64,000 bases of DNA from contig CM030337.1 of assembly GCA_017654855.1 (NCBI GenBank), positions 4,216,001-4,280,000 of the forward strand, written 5' to 3'. The notes beneath the pieces were generated by a model. It ran no database searches. It was not told where the DNA came from and worked only from the letters and a program-made list of their open reading frames with translations. Each line of letters opens with the position of its first letter. Position 1 is the first letter of the stretch. A program made the position numbers and the translations under genes. Of the stretch, positions 11,810-25,583 are shown one piece after another. Origin of the DNA: Podospora anserina. Taxonomy: Eukaryota.

Positions 11810-14800
11810 ATGACTGTCGTTCCCATCAATGGCGCTGCCCCCCCGGTGGCAGACGTCGCAGCCATCCTCGAGACCATCTTCAACGCCTCTTCGTCCAATC
11901 AATCGATCGAAGCCTGCTACGCTCTCTGCGACATCCTGATCAACACAACGGGTTTCCGTGGCCTCCACCACTACAACATCATCTCCGAGATCAAGAAGGC
12001 TTCCATCGACAAGAAGAGCGGTTTCCGCCGCGAGGGTGCCCAAAACCTCCTTGGTGCCCTGTTTGAGCGGCTGCCCCCAGCTGCGCCCATTACCGAGGTT
12101 GTTTTCCTCATCCAGGATGGTGGTCTTCTCAAGATTGCTCTCGATGCCCTTGCCGACAAGGGCGCCATTGTCCGCGAGGCTGCCCAGTACGGCATCGATG
12201 CCTTGTTCGCCAACCTGAGCCCCGAGGCCATGGTCGCTGCCCTCCTGCCCGCCATCGTCGAGTACATCAAGAAGGCCGGTGGAAAGTGGCAAGGTGTTGT
12301 CGGCGCCTTCAAGATCATGGAGAAGATGGCCAACAAGGCTCAGATCACCATTGGCAGCACCAAGGAGCAGGCCGCCGAGCAGGATATCATGCGCGAGGCC
12401 ATGGGCTCCAAGCTTGCCACTCTGATTCCCATCACCGAGAATGGCATGTTGGATATGAAGACCGAGGTCGAGAAGCAGGCTCTCAAGACCATGACGGCCA
12501 TCACGACCCTTCTCTCCAACGACGATGTCGCATCTCGCATTCCTCTCCTGATCGAGACCATGCATCACCCATCTGTCGAGGCGGTGCACAAGGCCATCCA
12601 CGCCCTCTCCCAGACAACCTTTGTCGCCATCGTCACCTCTCCCGTTCTCGCCCTCTTGACTCCTTTCCTGGAGCGCTCTCTCAACAACCCCTCGACTCCC
12701 CAAGAAGTTCTCCGCCAGACCGTTGTCATTACCGAGAACTTGACCAAGCTCGTCCACGACCCCATCGAGGCCCGTACTTTCCTCCCCAAGCTTCAGCCTG
12801 GTGTGAAGAGCGTCGTCAACCGCGCCTCGCTCCCCGAGGTTCGTGAGATCGCCACCCGTGCGTTGGCCGTCATGGACAAGGCTATGGGTAACGACAACTC
12901 GGCATCCTTGACAATTATCGAGCGCACTTCTGCTGAGGATGTTGCCAAGGTGTTGGACCAAGAAATCAAGAAGAACGGCGGTCTGAATGGCGACGAAGCC
13001 CTCTACAAGCTGGGCGCTCCATTTATTTCCTCAATGGTTTGCGAAGACGTCAACCACCGCCACCTTGATCGCATCCCTAGCAAGATTGCGCCCTACCTCA
13101 AGGACCTGTTGCGAAAGCCCGAAGCCAGCGATGCCGTCGCTGAGGCCGTTCACAAGTTCTATGTGGAAGAGGATGCGCGTAAGTACGGTGTTCCAGAAAA
13201 GGAAGACGACGGTGAGATTGAGATTGTCAACGCCGACTTCTCTCTGGCTTATGGTGGTATGCTTTTGTTGTCGCATACGAACCTTAGGCTCCTGAAGGGT
13301 CATCGTTACGGCTTGTGTGGTCGCAATGGTGCTGGAAAGTCGACTCTGATGAAGAGTATCGCCAATGGAAAGCTCGAGGGCTTCCCGTCTCAAGATGTTT
13401 TGCGCACTTGCTACGTCGAACACAACCAGGGTGAGGATGCCGATATCAGCATTCTCGAGTTTGTTTCCAAGGATCCCACCATCGCCAAGGAAGGAAAGGA
13501 GCGCATTGTTGCCGTCTTGGAGGAGTTCGGTTTCACATCGGGCCCCGAGGGCAGGCAATCGCAAAAGGTTGGGTCTCTCTCTGGTGGTTGGAAGATGAAG
13601 CTGGCTCTTGCCCGTGCCATGCTTCAAAGAGCCGATGTTTTGTTGCTCGACGAACCTACCAATCACTTGGACGTCGCCAACATCAAGTGGCTTGAAAACT
13701 ACCTCAAGACACACCCCGACATCACCAGTTTGATCGTGTCCCACGACTCGGGCTTCCTGGACGAGGTCACCACCGATATCTACCACTACGAGCCCAACAA
13801 GAAGCTTGGTCACTACAAGGGCAACCTTGCTGCCTTTGTCAAGCGCCGCCCCGAGGCCAAGAGCTACTACACTCTGTCTGCTTCGCTCGTCCAGTTCAAG
13901 TTTCCTCCCCCCGGCATTCTGAGCGGTGTCAAGTCCAACACACGCGCCATCATCCGCATGACCAACGTCTCGTACACATACCCCAAGGCGCCCAAGCCAT
14001 CCTTGTCAGATGCTTCTTGCCAGCTGACTCTGTCGTCGCGTGTTGCCATCATTGGCCCCAACGGTGCTGGCAAGTCTACCCTCATCAAGCTGTTGACCGG
14101 TGAAGTTATTCCCACCACTGGAAAGGTGGAGAAGCACCCCAACCTTCGTATCGGTTACATCAAGCAGCACGCCCTCGAGCACGTTGAAATGCATCTCGAG
14201 AAGACGCCCAACCAGTATCTTCAATGGCGTTATGCCCACGGTGACGATCGTGAGGTGCACATGAAGCAGACCCGTGCGCTGTCCGACCAGGATCGCGAGC
14301 AGATGGACAAGTTTGTCGAGGTTGGTGGCGGTAAGGCTCCTCGCCAGATCGAGGCCCTTGTCGGTCGCCAAAAGTACAAGAAGACATTCCAATACGAGAT
14401 GTAAGCAGACCCGACCCGAATCTTGCTTTGATCTACTCTTGCTAACATGCGACCAACAGCAAATGGCGTGGCTTCCTGCCCAAGCACAACTCTCACTTTT
14501 CTCGCGAGACTTTGCTCGAGCTCGGCTTCGACAAGCTGGTGCAGGAGTTTGACGACCACGAGGCTTCGCGTGAAGGTCTCGGTTACCGTGAGCTCCAGCC
14601 TTCCGTCATCAGCAAGCACTTTGAGGATCTCGGTCTTGATCCCGAGATTGCGAACCACAATGAGATTGGCTCGCTCTCCGGAGGTCAAAAGGTCAAGGTT
14701 GTCATTGCCGGTGCCATGTGGAACAACCCCCATTTGCTCGTGCTTGACGAGCCTACTAACTTCTTGGACCGTGACTCCCTCGGTGGCCTGGCTGTTGCCA

Positions 14801-15210
14801 TTCGCGAGTTCAAGGGCGGCGTGGTGATGATTTCCCACAACGAAGAGTTTGTGGGAGCCCTGGCTTCCGAGACTTGGCACGTTGACAACGGGCGGGTCAC
14901 GCATCGCAGCAACAATGCCATTGCGCTGGATCGGTTCGAAGACAGTGCCAACACCAGCGCGGTCCCCAGTGCTGTTCCCAGCGGGCTTAACACACCCGCC
15001 CTGAGCAGCGCCGCCCCCAGCGCCGTCAACAGCGGTGTCGAGGACAATGCCGGCGAGGCCTTGAAGTTCCGGGCGAGAAAGAAGAAGAAGATGACCAAGA
15101 AAGAGCTCAAGGAACGTGAGGCCAGGCGCCGGTTGAGGCACATCGATTGGCTCAACAGTCCCAAGGGCACCCCCAAGCCCCTTGATACGGATGATGAGGC
15201 GGACGACTAA
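11810..15210 (+). CDS. NEW1: NEW1/Elf1 eEF3-like ABC-F ATPase (HEAT region, two ABC domains, chromodomain insertion); exons 11810-14400 and 14460-15210
   Basis: Walker A motifs GRNGAGKS and GPNGAGKS, LSGGW/LSGGQ signatures, LLLDEPTN/LVLDEPTN. The C-terminus RRRLRHIDWLNSPKGTPKPLDTDDE matches the New1-type rather than the eEF3-type tail. Intron 14401-14459 (GTAAGC..GCTAAC..CAG) joins YEI/KWRG. Confidence 0.92.
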
Positions 15211-15550
15211 AGGCGATGACAAGCATGAAGATGGTTGGCTTTTTTTGGATGGCTTTCTATATACTGCGGAAACTCAGCGATCAGCGATATGTAACCTGAG
15301 CATGGCATGGCGTCGGTCTGTTTATAACGTAGAGGGTCAGGGGCAGTGTAGAGCGGTTTCCTTTCTAGATCAAGTTTGCACTTGGGATGGGCTCAAAATT
15401 TGGCTTCAAGGGAGGGGGTTACCAGAGAAGATAGAGGCGTTTGGCGCTAGACATAGAGCATAGATTCATGAGGTGTTGATGGTGGTGTATTATTTCCGAC
15501 TTGTGACTATTTATTTATATGACACTGAACAAAGGATTTGAGGTGCAGAA

Positions 15551-16939
15551 TCACATTACCCCCATTCCAATCACGCCCACGCCCACGGCGCCCAAGATGC
15601 CTGCTACAGCCGTCACTTGGGCACCCATTCCACTGCTAGTCTGGCTGTTCACTCCGTTTCTTCCAGTTGTCGTCGCCGTCCTTTGTGTGTTTGCGTCCAC
15701 AGTCGGCTCAGGACAGTCAGTGGTGCAGGGCAGCCAGGTGGTAAACGGCGCCGGCACCCTCGTCCCCGTACGCGTCTCGGCGCCCTTGCTGACCTGGAAC
15801 ACGGGGGTTTGGGATTTGGCTTCCAGGTCGGGCACCTCGGCGAACTCATCCGGATTCAGGACATTGTCGATGATGTGGATGACCCCGTTGGCGAGCAAGA
15901 TATCCGACTGGAGGAGCTGCGCCGAGTTGAAGAAGATGTTGTTGCCTGCTCTGGAGACGGTGACTTTGCTTGCCCTGCTGTCGGCGCCGAGGAGCGTTGC
16001 CAGGGACGAACCGGTCGAGTTGCCGAGGGCAGACAGGTCAGAGGAGGAGAGGACTTTGTCGGGGATGATGTGGTACTTGAGGACGGTGGCGAGGTCCTCC
16101 CTGGACAGGGGGTCGAGGGCGGAGGCGATGGACTGGAAGGCGGCGTTGCGGGGGGCGAGGATGGTGATGTCTTTTTGGGACGAGAGGGCGGGCGATAGGC
16201 CGGACTTGTAGAGAGCCCCCAAAAAGGAGGTGAGGTCTTTGTAGGCGTCTCGGGCGGTGATTTCTAGCCGGGAGGGGGGGACGAGAAGGGTGTCGACTAT
16301 CTGGATGAAGCCGCCTGTGAAGGGGATGTCTTGATCGGGGGACTCGAAGAAAGTGGAGCGGGTGCCGAGGCCGGAGGTGACGACGGTTGTGTCGTCGTGC
16401 TGGCGGGAAAGGAGGATGTTTTGGCCTGCGGTGACGTTTGTGTAGTTGGAGGAGGTGAGGAGGGTGGGGAAGAGGTAGGATGGTCCGGGTTCGAGAGAGG
16501 AGACGTTGACTGAGAGGGGGAGAATATGGTATTGGAGGAGGGAGGTGATAAGGTTGGAGTCTTCCAGGTTTAAGGATTGGGTCTTGTTGAAGGCTTCGTT
16601 CGACGGGGCGATAAGCTGTAGGGGATGTCAGCTGAAGTACGGCAGAAGGCATGTAAGGGGGTCATACAGTCACGCCGCCTGAGTGAGGGAGCTGCAAAAG
16701 AATGTCCGGGTTATTCTAGACAGTCTATTAGCAGAATGAACGAGCCCTGAGGGTTCCGGAAGCTACCTTACCTTGATCAAACTGTAGTATGTCGAGAGCT
16801 CTTCATTGCCTGCGAGGACCTCTCCCAAAGCCTTTGGCTCTGCCCGTTTGGTCTCGGCCATAACCGGCGATGGTAGCATCGCTAGTACACTGAGTAGAGT
16901 GGCTGAAGCCCTCCATACCGATCTTGACCTTGTCGGCAT
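15551..16939 (-). CDS. Secreted, probably GPI-anchored fasciclin (two FAS1 domains); exons 16939-16772, 16715-16668, 16615-15551
   Basis: Signal-peptide-like N-terminus. FAS1 motifs VTLIAPSNEAF..LLQYHIL and ITILAPRNAAF..LKYHII..NGVIHIIDNVL. Thr-rich linker and hydrophobic C-tail. Both introns are canonical and frame-preserving. Confidence 0.88.
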
Positions 16940-18421
16940 GATGAAGAGGAGTGTGTAGACCTGAACCATCCCGAAACAAGTCGATAGGCGCACTTGATGT
17001 CTTTTGAGTCTACCCACCCCCAGCCTTTTTGAAGCTTCCGGTGATCTCGCCTCGCCAGCTAGGCCCTTGAGATAAATAGCTGTGATATAGGATATTGTGG
17101 CTTCAAAGTTCCTCAGTTTGATGATTGTTATTGTAGTGTGGCGTGGTCCTCCAAAACTTTTGGCAATCGCCTCATCCGGCTCCTATCGTCCTACACAAAC
17201 ACAAACAAGATGTATCCGGGGAGAAGCAACAAGAAATACCTTTTATTTTATTTTATCTTATATCTTTGTATCTTCTCTCCACCTCAATGCTTATAGAGCC
17301 CCTTTAAGCGGCCGCCACAACAGCCTCCACGGCTACCTACTGACCGCTTCCTAGGTACCTCACCTTCCGATACCCTTCTCGAAAGGGTGAAAAGAGCAAG
17401 GCAAGCTGGACTCGACATATGCAGGTAGAAAATGGGATACAAGCCTTGCAAGCCATCGGGTGCGAGTTCTCGTTCCACAGGCGCCACGAGACGAATATGC
17501 GGTGTTGTCATTCAGGTCGGCGTTCTTGGCCCAGGCCGCAGGTCAAGCCCAGACGAGGTTCTCTGTAGATGCACCACCGTGATTTTGGCAACCCGCAACC
17601 TGCTTATCGTCTTTTATCTGCGTGTCTCAGTTTGAGGCTATCGCTGGTGCGCGCGCTGCGGCAATTGGCAGCTGCATATGCGCCATCTGCATGGCAAGCG
17701 CTTCGCAGCTAGACTCGATCGGAGACCGCTCCTTAATACGAGATTCGGTAGTACGTCGAGCTCTGCCAACCCTGATTTCTCGGCCATCGCGAGACCGCAA
17801 GACTTGACATGATAGGCTGATGATGCTGTAGGAGGATGTACTGCGAGTGTACAGCCGACTACGTGCGGTCGTGAAGGGTAGCGATCCGGAGCAGGTGAGC
17901 GCTAACGCAGGTTCGACTCTAAATTACTGACAGTCGTATATCGATTGTACCGACAAAAAGCTGGCGCACAATAACGCGTTATGACTGCCTCAATGTGGTT
18001 GAATCGTGTTCCATTCTTGCTAGGTATCGTGGTTCCACGAGGCTTTCCACGAGGTATTACACTCACATACTATCATGAGAAGAAAAAGAATAGGTAATTA
18101 CCAATAAGGTTGTCCCATCCTCGTAAAACAGCACTATCAAATTAACCAAATAAATAAAACAATAAATCCAAGAACCCCTAACCAACTCCAAACTTCCGCC
18201 TTCCTAGGTACCAATCCCACCCCCTATTGTCTTCCTGGTCTATATGAGTCGTGTATATCTGACAGCAGAAGAAAAGTCTTTGTAGTGTTTGTTTTGGCGA
18301 GAGGTGCCGGTAATAACAATAAGTATATTTCGGGCTGTATGTGATATATGCATGGCTGCACGTGACAAAAAGAGAAGAAAAAAGTGCAACGCTTTTGTTG
18401 TTCGAGGTCGTGGCTCATCAT

Positions 18422-21241
18422 TTACCACGAGAAGGTCATCAGCGCTGGGTTGAGAGCAAGCGGCAGCAACAGATGCGATGCCGCGACGGTCGCCATGGGA
18501 AGGATGGCCACAAAGTCGGTGATGTGCCAGCTGTAAGGAATAAAGGGCGCAACGGCGAGGATGACCATGCCGGCAATGAAGAGCGAGGCGAAAAGCATTG
18601 AGAATTTGAACTGATGGCCGTGTTAGCATGATGCTCGTGTGGAGATGGCAAAACAGATAACATACCTTCTTGAGCACCTTGGGCACTTCGATGAAGAAGT
18701 TGGAGAACTCGGCCTCCTTGCTGGTGGCACCCCATGTCATGTCGATCTCAAACATGTGGGCCAGCAGGGCCTGCGAAACGTGCAGCGAGAGACCACCCAA
18801 GAAGATGGCCAGCAAGAAGGTCCACTTGAAGTTCTCAAAGATGGCGTACAGAATGTTGCGCTCGCCGACACGGTATCTCATGACAGCCAGGGCGATGTTG
18901 CCCAGTCCGTTGAACACAATGATGATGGAGAACCAAACCTGCCACGAGTCGACATAGTACTTGTCGAGGTACCCGTTGAACCAGCCCATGAGGAAGTAGT
19001 TGACGCTGGTCATGATCCAGGCAGCGCCGATGGCGTAATAGGTACCGATGTAAGAAACGACGGTGATCTTGGAGGTGAAGCGAATGTTGGAGAACAGGAA
19101 GCGGCGAAAGAGAGGCGTGAATGGCCCTTTCCAGATCCACATGCGAATAGGGTGGAAGAGCAGCTCGTTGCAACCATAGGCATACTTTTCCCAACGGGCC
19201 AACTCGTCGTACACGGTAAGTGACACACCTTCCTTGAACCCTTCACCGGCCCACGCAGCGAGACGAATGATGTAACCATTGCACTGGAGACGCAGAGACA
19301 TGTCGAAATCTTCCGACACGTGGCTTTCGGACCAGAACTTTTCGTACCCATCCTCGTCCTCATACGAGACCTGCTGAATAGCGGACCAGCGGAGAATGGC
19401 ATTGTGACCGACAAAGGGGGCGACATCACCGTTGGAGACAGTGTACCGAATAGCGCTGTAGATGAGGTTGGTGAAGAAGGTAATGCCGTTCTCAAAGTAG
19501 GTGTGGACGACCTGCATGACACCGGACGAGAATTGCATGATGCCGACATCGGGAGAGAGCTCCATCTCGGAGACGGCGTCGAGCAGGCAATCGGCGGGGA
19601 CACGGGTATCAGAGTCAATCAGCAGGATATAATCACCAACACGGATGTTACCATCAGCCCAGGCGCGGCCATCGGCCTCGAGGACCTCCTTGAGAGCACG
19701 CTCGTAGGCCATCGCTTCATCGTGCTGAGACCAATCCGGGGTGCGCTGAATCTGCTCGAGCTTCTCCTCGACCTTGCACGAGATCATGAGGGCAAAGTTC
19801 ATGTTAGAAGCCTTCTTGAACTTGCCCTTGCGAGTGAAACCATTCTCGCCGTGCTTGGGACGGGCAACCCAACCGATGCTGTGGTCGGCGTAGAACTCGA
19901 TGCGGGCGCGGCGGTCTTCTTCCGAGATCAGCTGAAGGCCATCATCGTTGATGAACATATTGGCAGATCCACCCTGCAGTTCGTATGTCGACATGGCCTG
20001 CTTGATGGACTTGACGGTGGGCGCAATGACACCGTTGAGACCCTCCTTGTAGACGGGGCACTGGACCGTCACGTGTGGCAGGATGGCCGCCTGCAGTCTC
20101 GGAGGTGGGCGAGCAGAGTAAAACTTGGAGTTGATGGTGAGCTGGCGGATCGGACCAAAGATTTGAGCCAGGCAACCGACGATAACCTGGGCGAAGAAGA
20201 GCGTGAAGAAGATCTGTACTGGGAACAAGGCGACGAGGGCCAAGCGGGTGTAGTTGTTGTCGACCGAAACCTCAATGGCGAGCTGTCGGAAGGCGGCGCC
20301 CAGAGAGACGGTGACCAGAATGAGGGTCAAGCTGACGAGATAGGTGTTGAGCAGATGGACTGGTCTCTTCTCGGGCTTCAACTCTCCGCTCTCCTCGTCA
20401 ACCTCGGCCTCCACAGGGATGGGAAGTCCACCCTTTTCCTCCTCATCTTCCTCAGCGCCAGCCTTCCAGACCAAGTCCATCAGCTCCTTCTCAATACCCC
20501 TCGCTCTCTCCACCAGGTGTAGCGCCTCGTCGTCCCACACAATCAGGAGGCCCTCGGAGGCAACAAAAGCGGCGAACTGGTGCTTTCTGGCACGTGGCAA
20601 GTCGTCAATAGTGGGAAGAATTTGAACGCGCAAGCCGTTCATCAATGGCACATCAACGGCATCGGGCGACCAGGCCAAAAAGGTCTTGATAACTCTGGAG
20701 TTGACAGTCATGGCGCACTACGGTCCGGGTCAGCATACACGCTGGCGCGTTCTCAAACAGCAAGCAGTCCACATACCTGAACATTGAGCGCAGCGCAAGC
20801 CATGGCGAATGGTGAGTTTCCAAGTGATGGTGGGCAGGCCATGTACTGTCCCCTTGACTTGCGCAACAGCACGCCCTCAATCTCGCCGCTGCCATCTGAT
20901 ACCCACAAGTGCGAGCACTGCTGCTGGTAAAGGTAGTTTACCATGACCTCGTGCTTGATGTCATCCAGGAACATGGAGCTACCTGTTGACTTGATGGACC
21001 GACCTGATACTGACTGTGGCCTCGAGCTCCCCCGCGGTGTGGGAAGCTGAAGTTCGTGCTCATTGTGAGTCAACCTTTCTGATGGCGGCTTCTCCGAGAC
21101 GGATGATTGGCCCTGTTGGTGTCCATGTTGTCTCGAGCCTCGACGTGGTTGTGGGGGCTGGAGTTGCAGTACTTGCTGCTGCTGTTGTGCCTCCTCCGAC
21201 TTGCCGGGCTTCTCGGCCTTGAAGTAGTTGCCGATACCCAT
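18422..21241 (-). CDS. Multi-pass membrane processive glycosyltransferase family 2 (cellulose-synthase/OpgH-like fold); exons 21241-20777, 20717-18666, 18610-18422
   Basis: Motifs QCPVYKE, NDDG, FKKASNMN, LLIDSD, VSEDF and RWEKYAYG, with two N-terminal and several C-terminal TM segments. Introns 20776-20718 and 18665-18611 (GTATGT donors) restore the frame to ...NPALMTFSW*. Confidence 0.9.
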
Positions 21242-24200
21242 GGCTGGATGGGGTCGAGGCACCGCGGCCTCACTCGGTTGAGAAGAGACGTTTCCCAAGT
21301 GCTCTCTTGCCGGTCGAAGTTCAAGTTCCCGGTCCGGAAGGGTGGGGAGGCCCTTTAACTTTAAGCCCTCTCGTTCAAGAGCACACAGTGGAGAGCGCCA
21401 CTCGAACCGACAACAACCTTAACACCCAAGTGGATGCTTAACTTGACGTCTGTATGTGATCAGCATCCGCCACCGCTCCTCGCACACCAAAGACATACCT
21501 TGTTGTTTAGTCTTGGGGACTGAGTGTTGATGCTTGGGCGAAACGAGCGTGGTACCAAGTCAAGGTAGCGAGTGGACGGCTTGCTGTTTATGCTCCAAGC
21601 CGGAGGAGCGAGGCGAGTGAGACAACGGGTGAAGGACGCTCAAGACAGCGGACTTCGACGGCTTGGGTCAAATACAGTGCCTTGTGGAGTGTTGGTGATG
21701 GGCGCCCAAGCTTTCACAGCTCCTGTCCTGTCCTTTGATCCCGAGCCTTTCTGACTTTTTTTTTTGCAACTCGAAGATCTGGAGGAACAGAACGAAGAGA
21801 CGGCGACAGGGAGGGGGAGGATCAAAAGAGTGGACAGCAACTGGAGCTGGGATGCAAGCTGCCCCCCCGGTTCAGAGGCGATTGGCCCCGGGGGTCTTGA
21901 CGACCACCGAAGCCCAGGCGCTTGGCATGTGCCCCCCTGTCTGTGTGGTGTTCACTTCACAGCATGGGTGAGGGACCTGGGAGGGCCCGTGTGGGTGATA
22001 GCGGAAGCCAGGTTACCGGTACGTATCCTATTCCTGTCCCGCTGTCAGTCATCCTCTGTTTGACTGTCACAACGCCCTGGCTGGTGGTGACTTTTGATCT
22101 GGCTGAAGGTCACCCTTCCGCGCTCAGAGACTGGGCGGGGTAGGCGAAGCTTTGTTCTCCTCCGTCCAGGCTGCCCTGGTGTCCAAATCGGCAGGGCCAG
22201 GCGGTTCGTTGTCGCCGGCGCCATTTTTGGGCGCATCCACAGGCTGGAAGCTTGGCGGTTAGGGAAATTTCATGGCGTTTTTCTCAGCGCCTTTGGGAAC
22301 GCCAATGCGAAGTGTTTGCTCTCGTACTTTCGGTGGAAAGTGGGGGAAACAATAGTTTCACTGAAATACATCGATACGGATACCTGTCACATCAGAAAGG
22401 TGGGGTGACAGGGGCAGAAGAATGCGGTACTAATGCGACAGCGGTGGGTTTCCAGCTCAGCTCTTGGATGGCAGCCACATCTATTTATCGCAATATTTTT
22501 TTTTATTATATCTGTTTATTGCTTTGCGACCCCCCCTATCGCTCGCGCCCTCTGTCGGTGGGGGACATGCTCCATTTTGTATCGCGCCATAGTATGTTAC
22601 ATTGCAGACGCTGATGCAGTGGTGTGAAGTTAATAGAGGACTGCAGGACACTTCTGCTTGGTATGTTAACGGACACCATTACCAGTCACTACAACCCTGG
22701 CTCGCACTTCGCTATGGTAGCCAATTTGGTCATGGACCTCTAGAATATATAACTACCTGATTGTGCTGTTGTTGATGTTCATTTTCATCATGATAAGTCG
22801 CGTCACCCGGATTTATTGACACTGCAATTGTAGAGTACAGGCTTATGATGACAATTCCGCATGTATTAATCGCTGTGCCCCTCATCCTCCAAACCTTATT
22901 TGCAGCGCCGCGACCAAATTCCCGCGCACATCATGTTTTCCCGATCTCCATAAGGTAGGTACCTCAGATCCCTAATCAATCGATGTGAGAGAGAAGAGGA
23001 AGTGTTTGCTTTTACTCGTTGGATCCGTTGGCTCGCATTTTGATCAGGAACAATCTGATCAGGAAGGCGACAATTGTTGGCCGAGGTTATGCAGCTGTCC
23101 TACCTATTTTTGGCTCATAAACGTTGTTGCTGCCGTCTTCTCGTATTCCCCTATCTCTGTACAACCCGAACCCGCCAGACAGAAAAATTCCGACATCTCA
23201 ACTGGCCAGTCGCTGCGCGAATCCCGTGCCGACCTCTTCTTGAGAGAAAGCCAGAAAAACCTGGTCTCTTTTTCACATCACCGTAAAAGTCAGCCGCGGA
23301 GGGGTCCTATCTGATATCCGAGACCGTGCACCGCTCTTGTTCATCTCATCATTGCCTTTCGGTGAACCGTGCCGCTGAACCCACAGGTTGGTAACGACTC
23401 AGGGTCTCCCAGGGACGATAAGAACAAATGATGGCCACTTGTTCCGTCATGGGCTTCCCAGTATTCGTCCAGCTCTGTTAGGTCTCGGATCGAAAAACAC
23501 CAGAGACTATCTCGGTAATCGGCCATCTAAAATAGGGTTTTCATATTCAAGAATGAAGATGCCAGCGCCATCCCAGCCGACCCAAATTGCTGGGTTCCGC
23601 CGACGTCGATCATGTTGGATACCGGCAGACAGGGCCAGGGTTCTCGGTTGTTGAGTAATCTCGAAAAAAATAAAAATTTAGACACAAAGCATCAGGATCG
23701 CGTCTCTTATCAGCAACATGCATGGCTGCGTTTGTCAGTGTCAATATCACAGCCGAATGCTGCACAGGATGCGTCCTCTGCAATAACACCGCTCCCTTTT
23801 CAGCTGGCAGCTACGCAATGGCTTTTCCTGCCTTGGGACTGTGCAGCCACCGCTTGACTCGTTTTTGTGAAGCCATCTCCACCGTCTGGAACCCCCGAAG
23901 ACAGCAGCACCGGCCGTACAATACATACATATTTTTTCCACAGCAGCCGGCACCGTTGGGCACGTGTTGGGCACCATTTCCGTCAACGGTGTCCCGGCCT
24001 TCAGGAAATTTCTAGCGCTCGTGTGGTGGAGCCCTCCGAACAACCTGGAAGCCCTATCGAGAAAGCAATCCATCGCAGCCGGCCGAGGGGCTCACCGGCT
24101 TAGGGTTTGGCCTCGCCAAGCCTTTTGAGGCAGACCCTGAACAAAAAATAAATAAATGAATAAAATGGCCAACTCCAGGCGAGTATCATCGCGCTATGAT

Positions 24201-25583
24201 GCCAAAGGTGATGCTGAGAATCCCAAGGCTCGGTTCAGTCTCTGCACGCACGGAGAAACTTTACTTTTCGCATCGCATACCTTTCTGGTCAACTTCGCCG
24301 TGGCGGCTCACCGTAGATTTGTCGACGCCGCCGAGCTTTCGGGCTCAGGGGACTGAGACTGACGGCTCGGTCGCTGCCGCCCCTCCTGCCGCGCGCGCTC
24401 CAGGTAAGACAAGCACAAACATAGCTGCGGCCCTGGTATTCTGTAAATAACAGGGCAAAGTGTTGTACGGCGGGAACGGTAGTTGGCATCATTACTCACG
24501 TCATCTGTCGTGCTTGATTGCTGTGAACGAAACTCTGGCGTTAACTCCTTACATCGTACCCAGGGCTTCGTATCGCCCATGAGTGTCCAGCGCATCGGTG
24601 GTCGGCGCCATCATTTGTGGTTTTGTTGCGCTCTCCCAAAGGTTCGAGTGGATATCCGCTCGAGGTTGGTTCTTGTGGTGGATCACAAAGACCAAAATAC
24701 GAGCTTTCCAGGCAGGCCGGACGGTTTAGATGCAGCTTACGCTCTTGGACTTGGAAGACGACTCGTTTGTTTTACAATACGTGACAAGGCGGCTTCGGAT
24801 AACTTTGCTAGAGGGGGTTCGGACTTTTTTGCGGTGTTTATGTCAAGGGTGGTGCTGCAGGTGAGACCGTTCCATGGAACTGCCATGCTTTGGTGAGCCA
24901 CATGGAGTTGGACTTCAACCTCCCATCTTTGGATTAAGGGTAAGCTTGTATGCTTCTTGACGTATAAGATGTCAGGGCCATGCACCTCGATCCTCGTTTT
25001 GGGTCCAATGTTGACATCGTGAAAAGACACCCCTGATCTGCAGTCAGCTCACCTTTCACCGAGCTTGAAGATAAGGTGGGTACCTTCAACAACAACAACA
25101 ACCACAACAGCCAATTCGGGTTGAATGACGTTGGAGATCCAGACCAGCACGGTGGCACAACATGGCGCTACTCCTCCCGTCCCTCACCACCATCACTGGG
25201 CCCCCACCATCGACAGTGGCGTCCAGATCTCCCAAAGTCAATTGTTGAAGAGCACAAAGCATGTGATCGATATGCAATCGCACATCATTTCCACGCTGGG
25301 AAACGTTTGGCAAGGTGATCAAGATCAAGTACCTCAGGTAGAAAATGCACACCCATGTTGTTGTTGCTTCATCTCTGTGCTGCCAAAACAGTGTCCAATG
25401 CTCCTCATCGTCCTCGACAAGCAAATACCAAAATAGTTACACAGAGACAGGTATTACGATATACCAAAAAACATTAAAAGCCAATCTATCAATAACACCC
25501 AAAACACCCAGTAAAATATCTCCCCACCCCAGGAAACGATTAACCCTAGTTTGTTGTATGCCCATGAAGAATGCCGTAACCTG

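Noticed and set aside
11780-15222. Long antisense ORFs (393, 260 and 330 aa) opposite NEW1; similar ones opposite GT2 (19320-20522), GH16 (25551-26825), fasciclin, GH3 and the 61.4-kb gene
   Set aside because: Shadow ORFs produced by strong C-ending codon bias on the coding strand; they carry no motifs of their own.
17880-17925. GGTTCGACTC resembling a tRNA T-loop / B box (also GGTTCGAGCC near 29764)
   Set aside because: No cloverleaf stems or acceptor stem could be formed around them.
24700-25450. ORF fragments and an (AAC)n run between GT2 and GH16
   Set aside because: No coherent reading frame or family motif; it could be a remnant but is not supportable.
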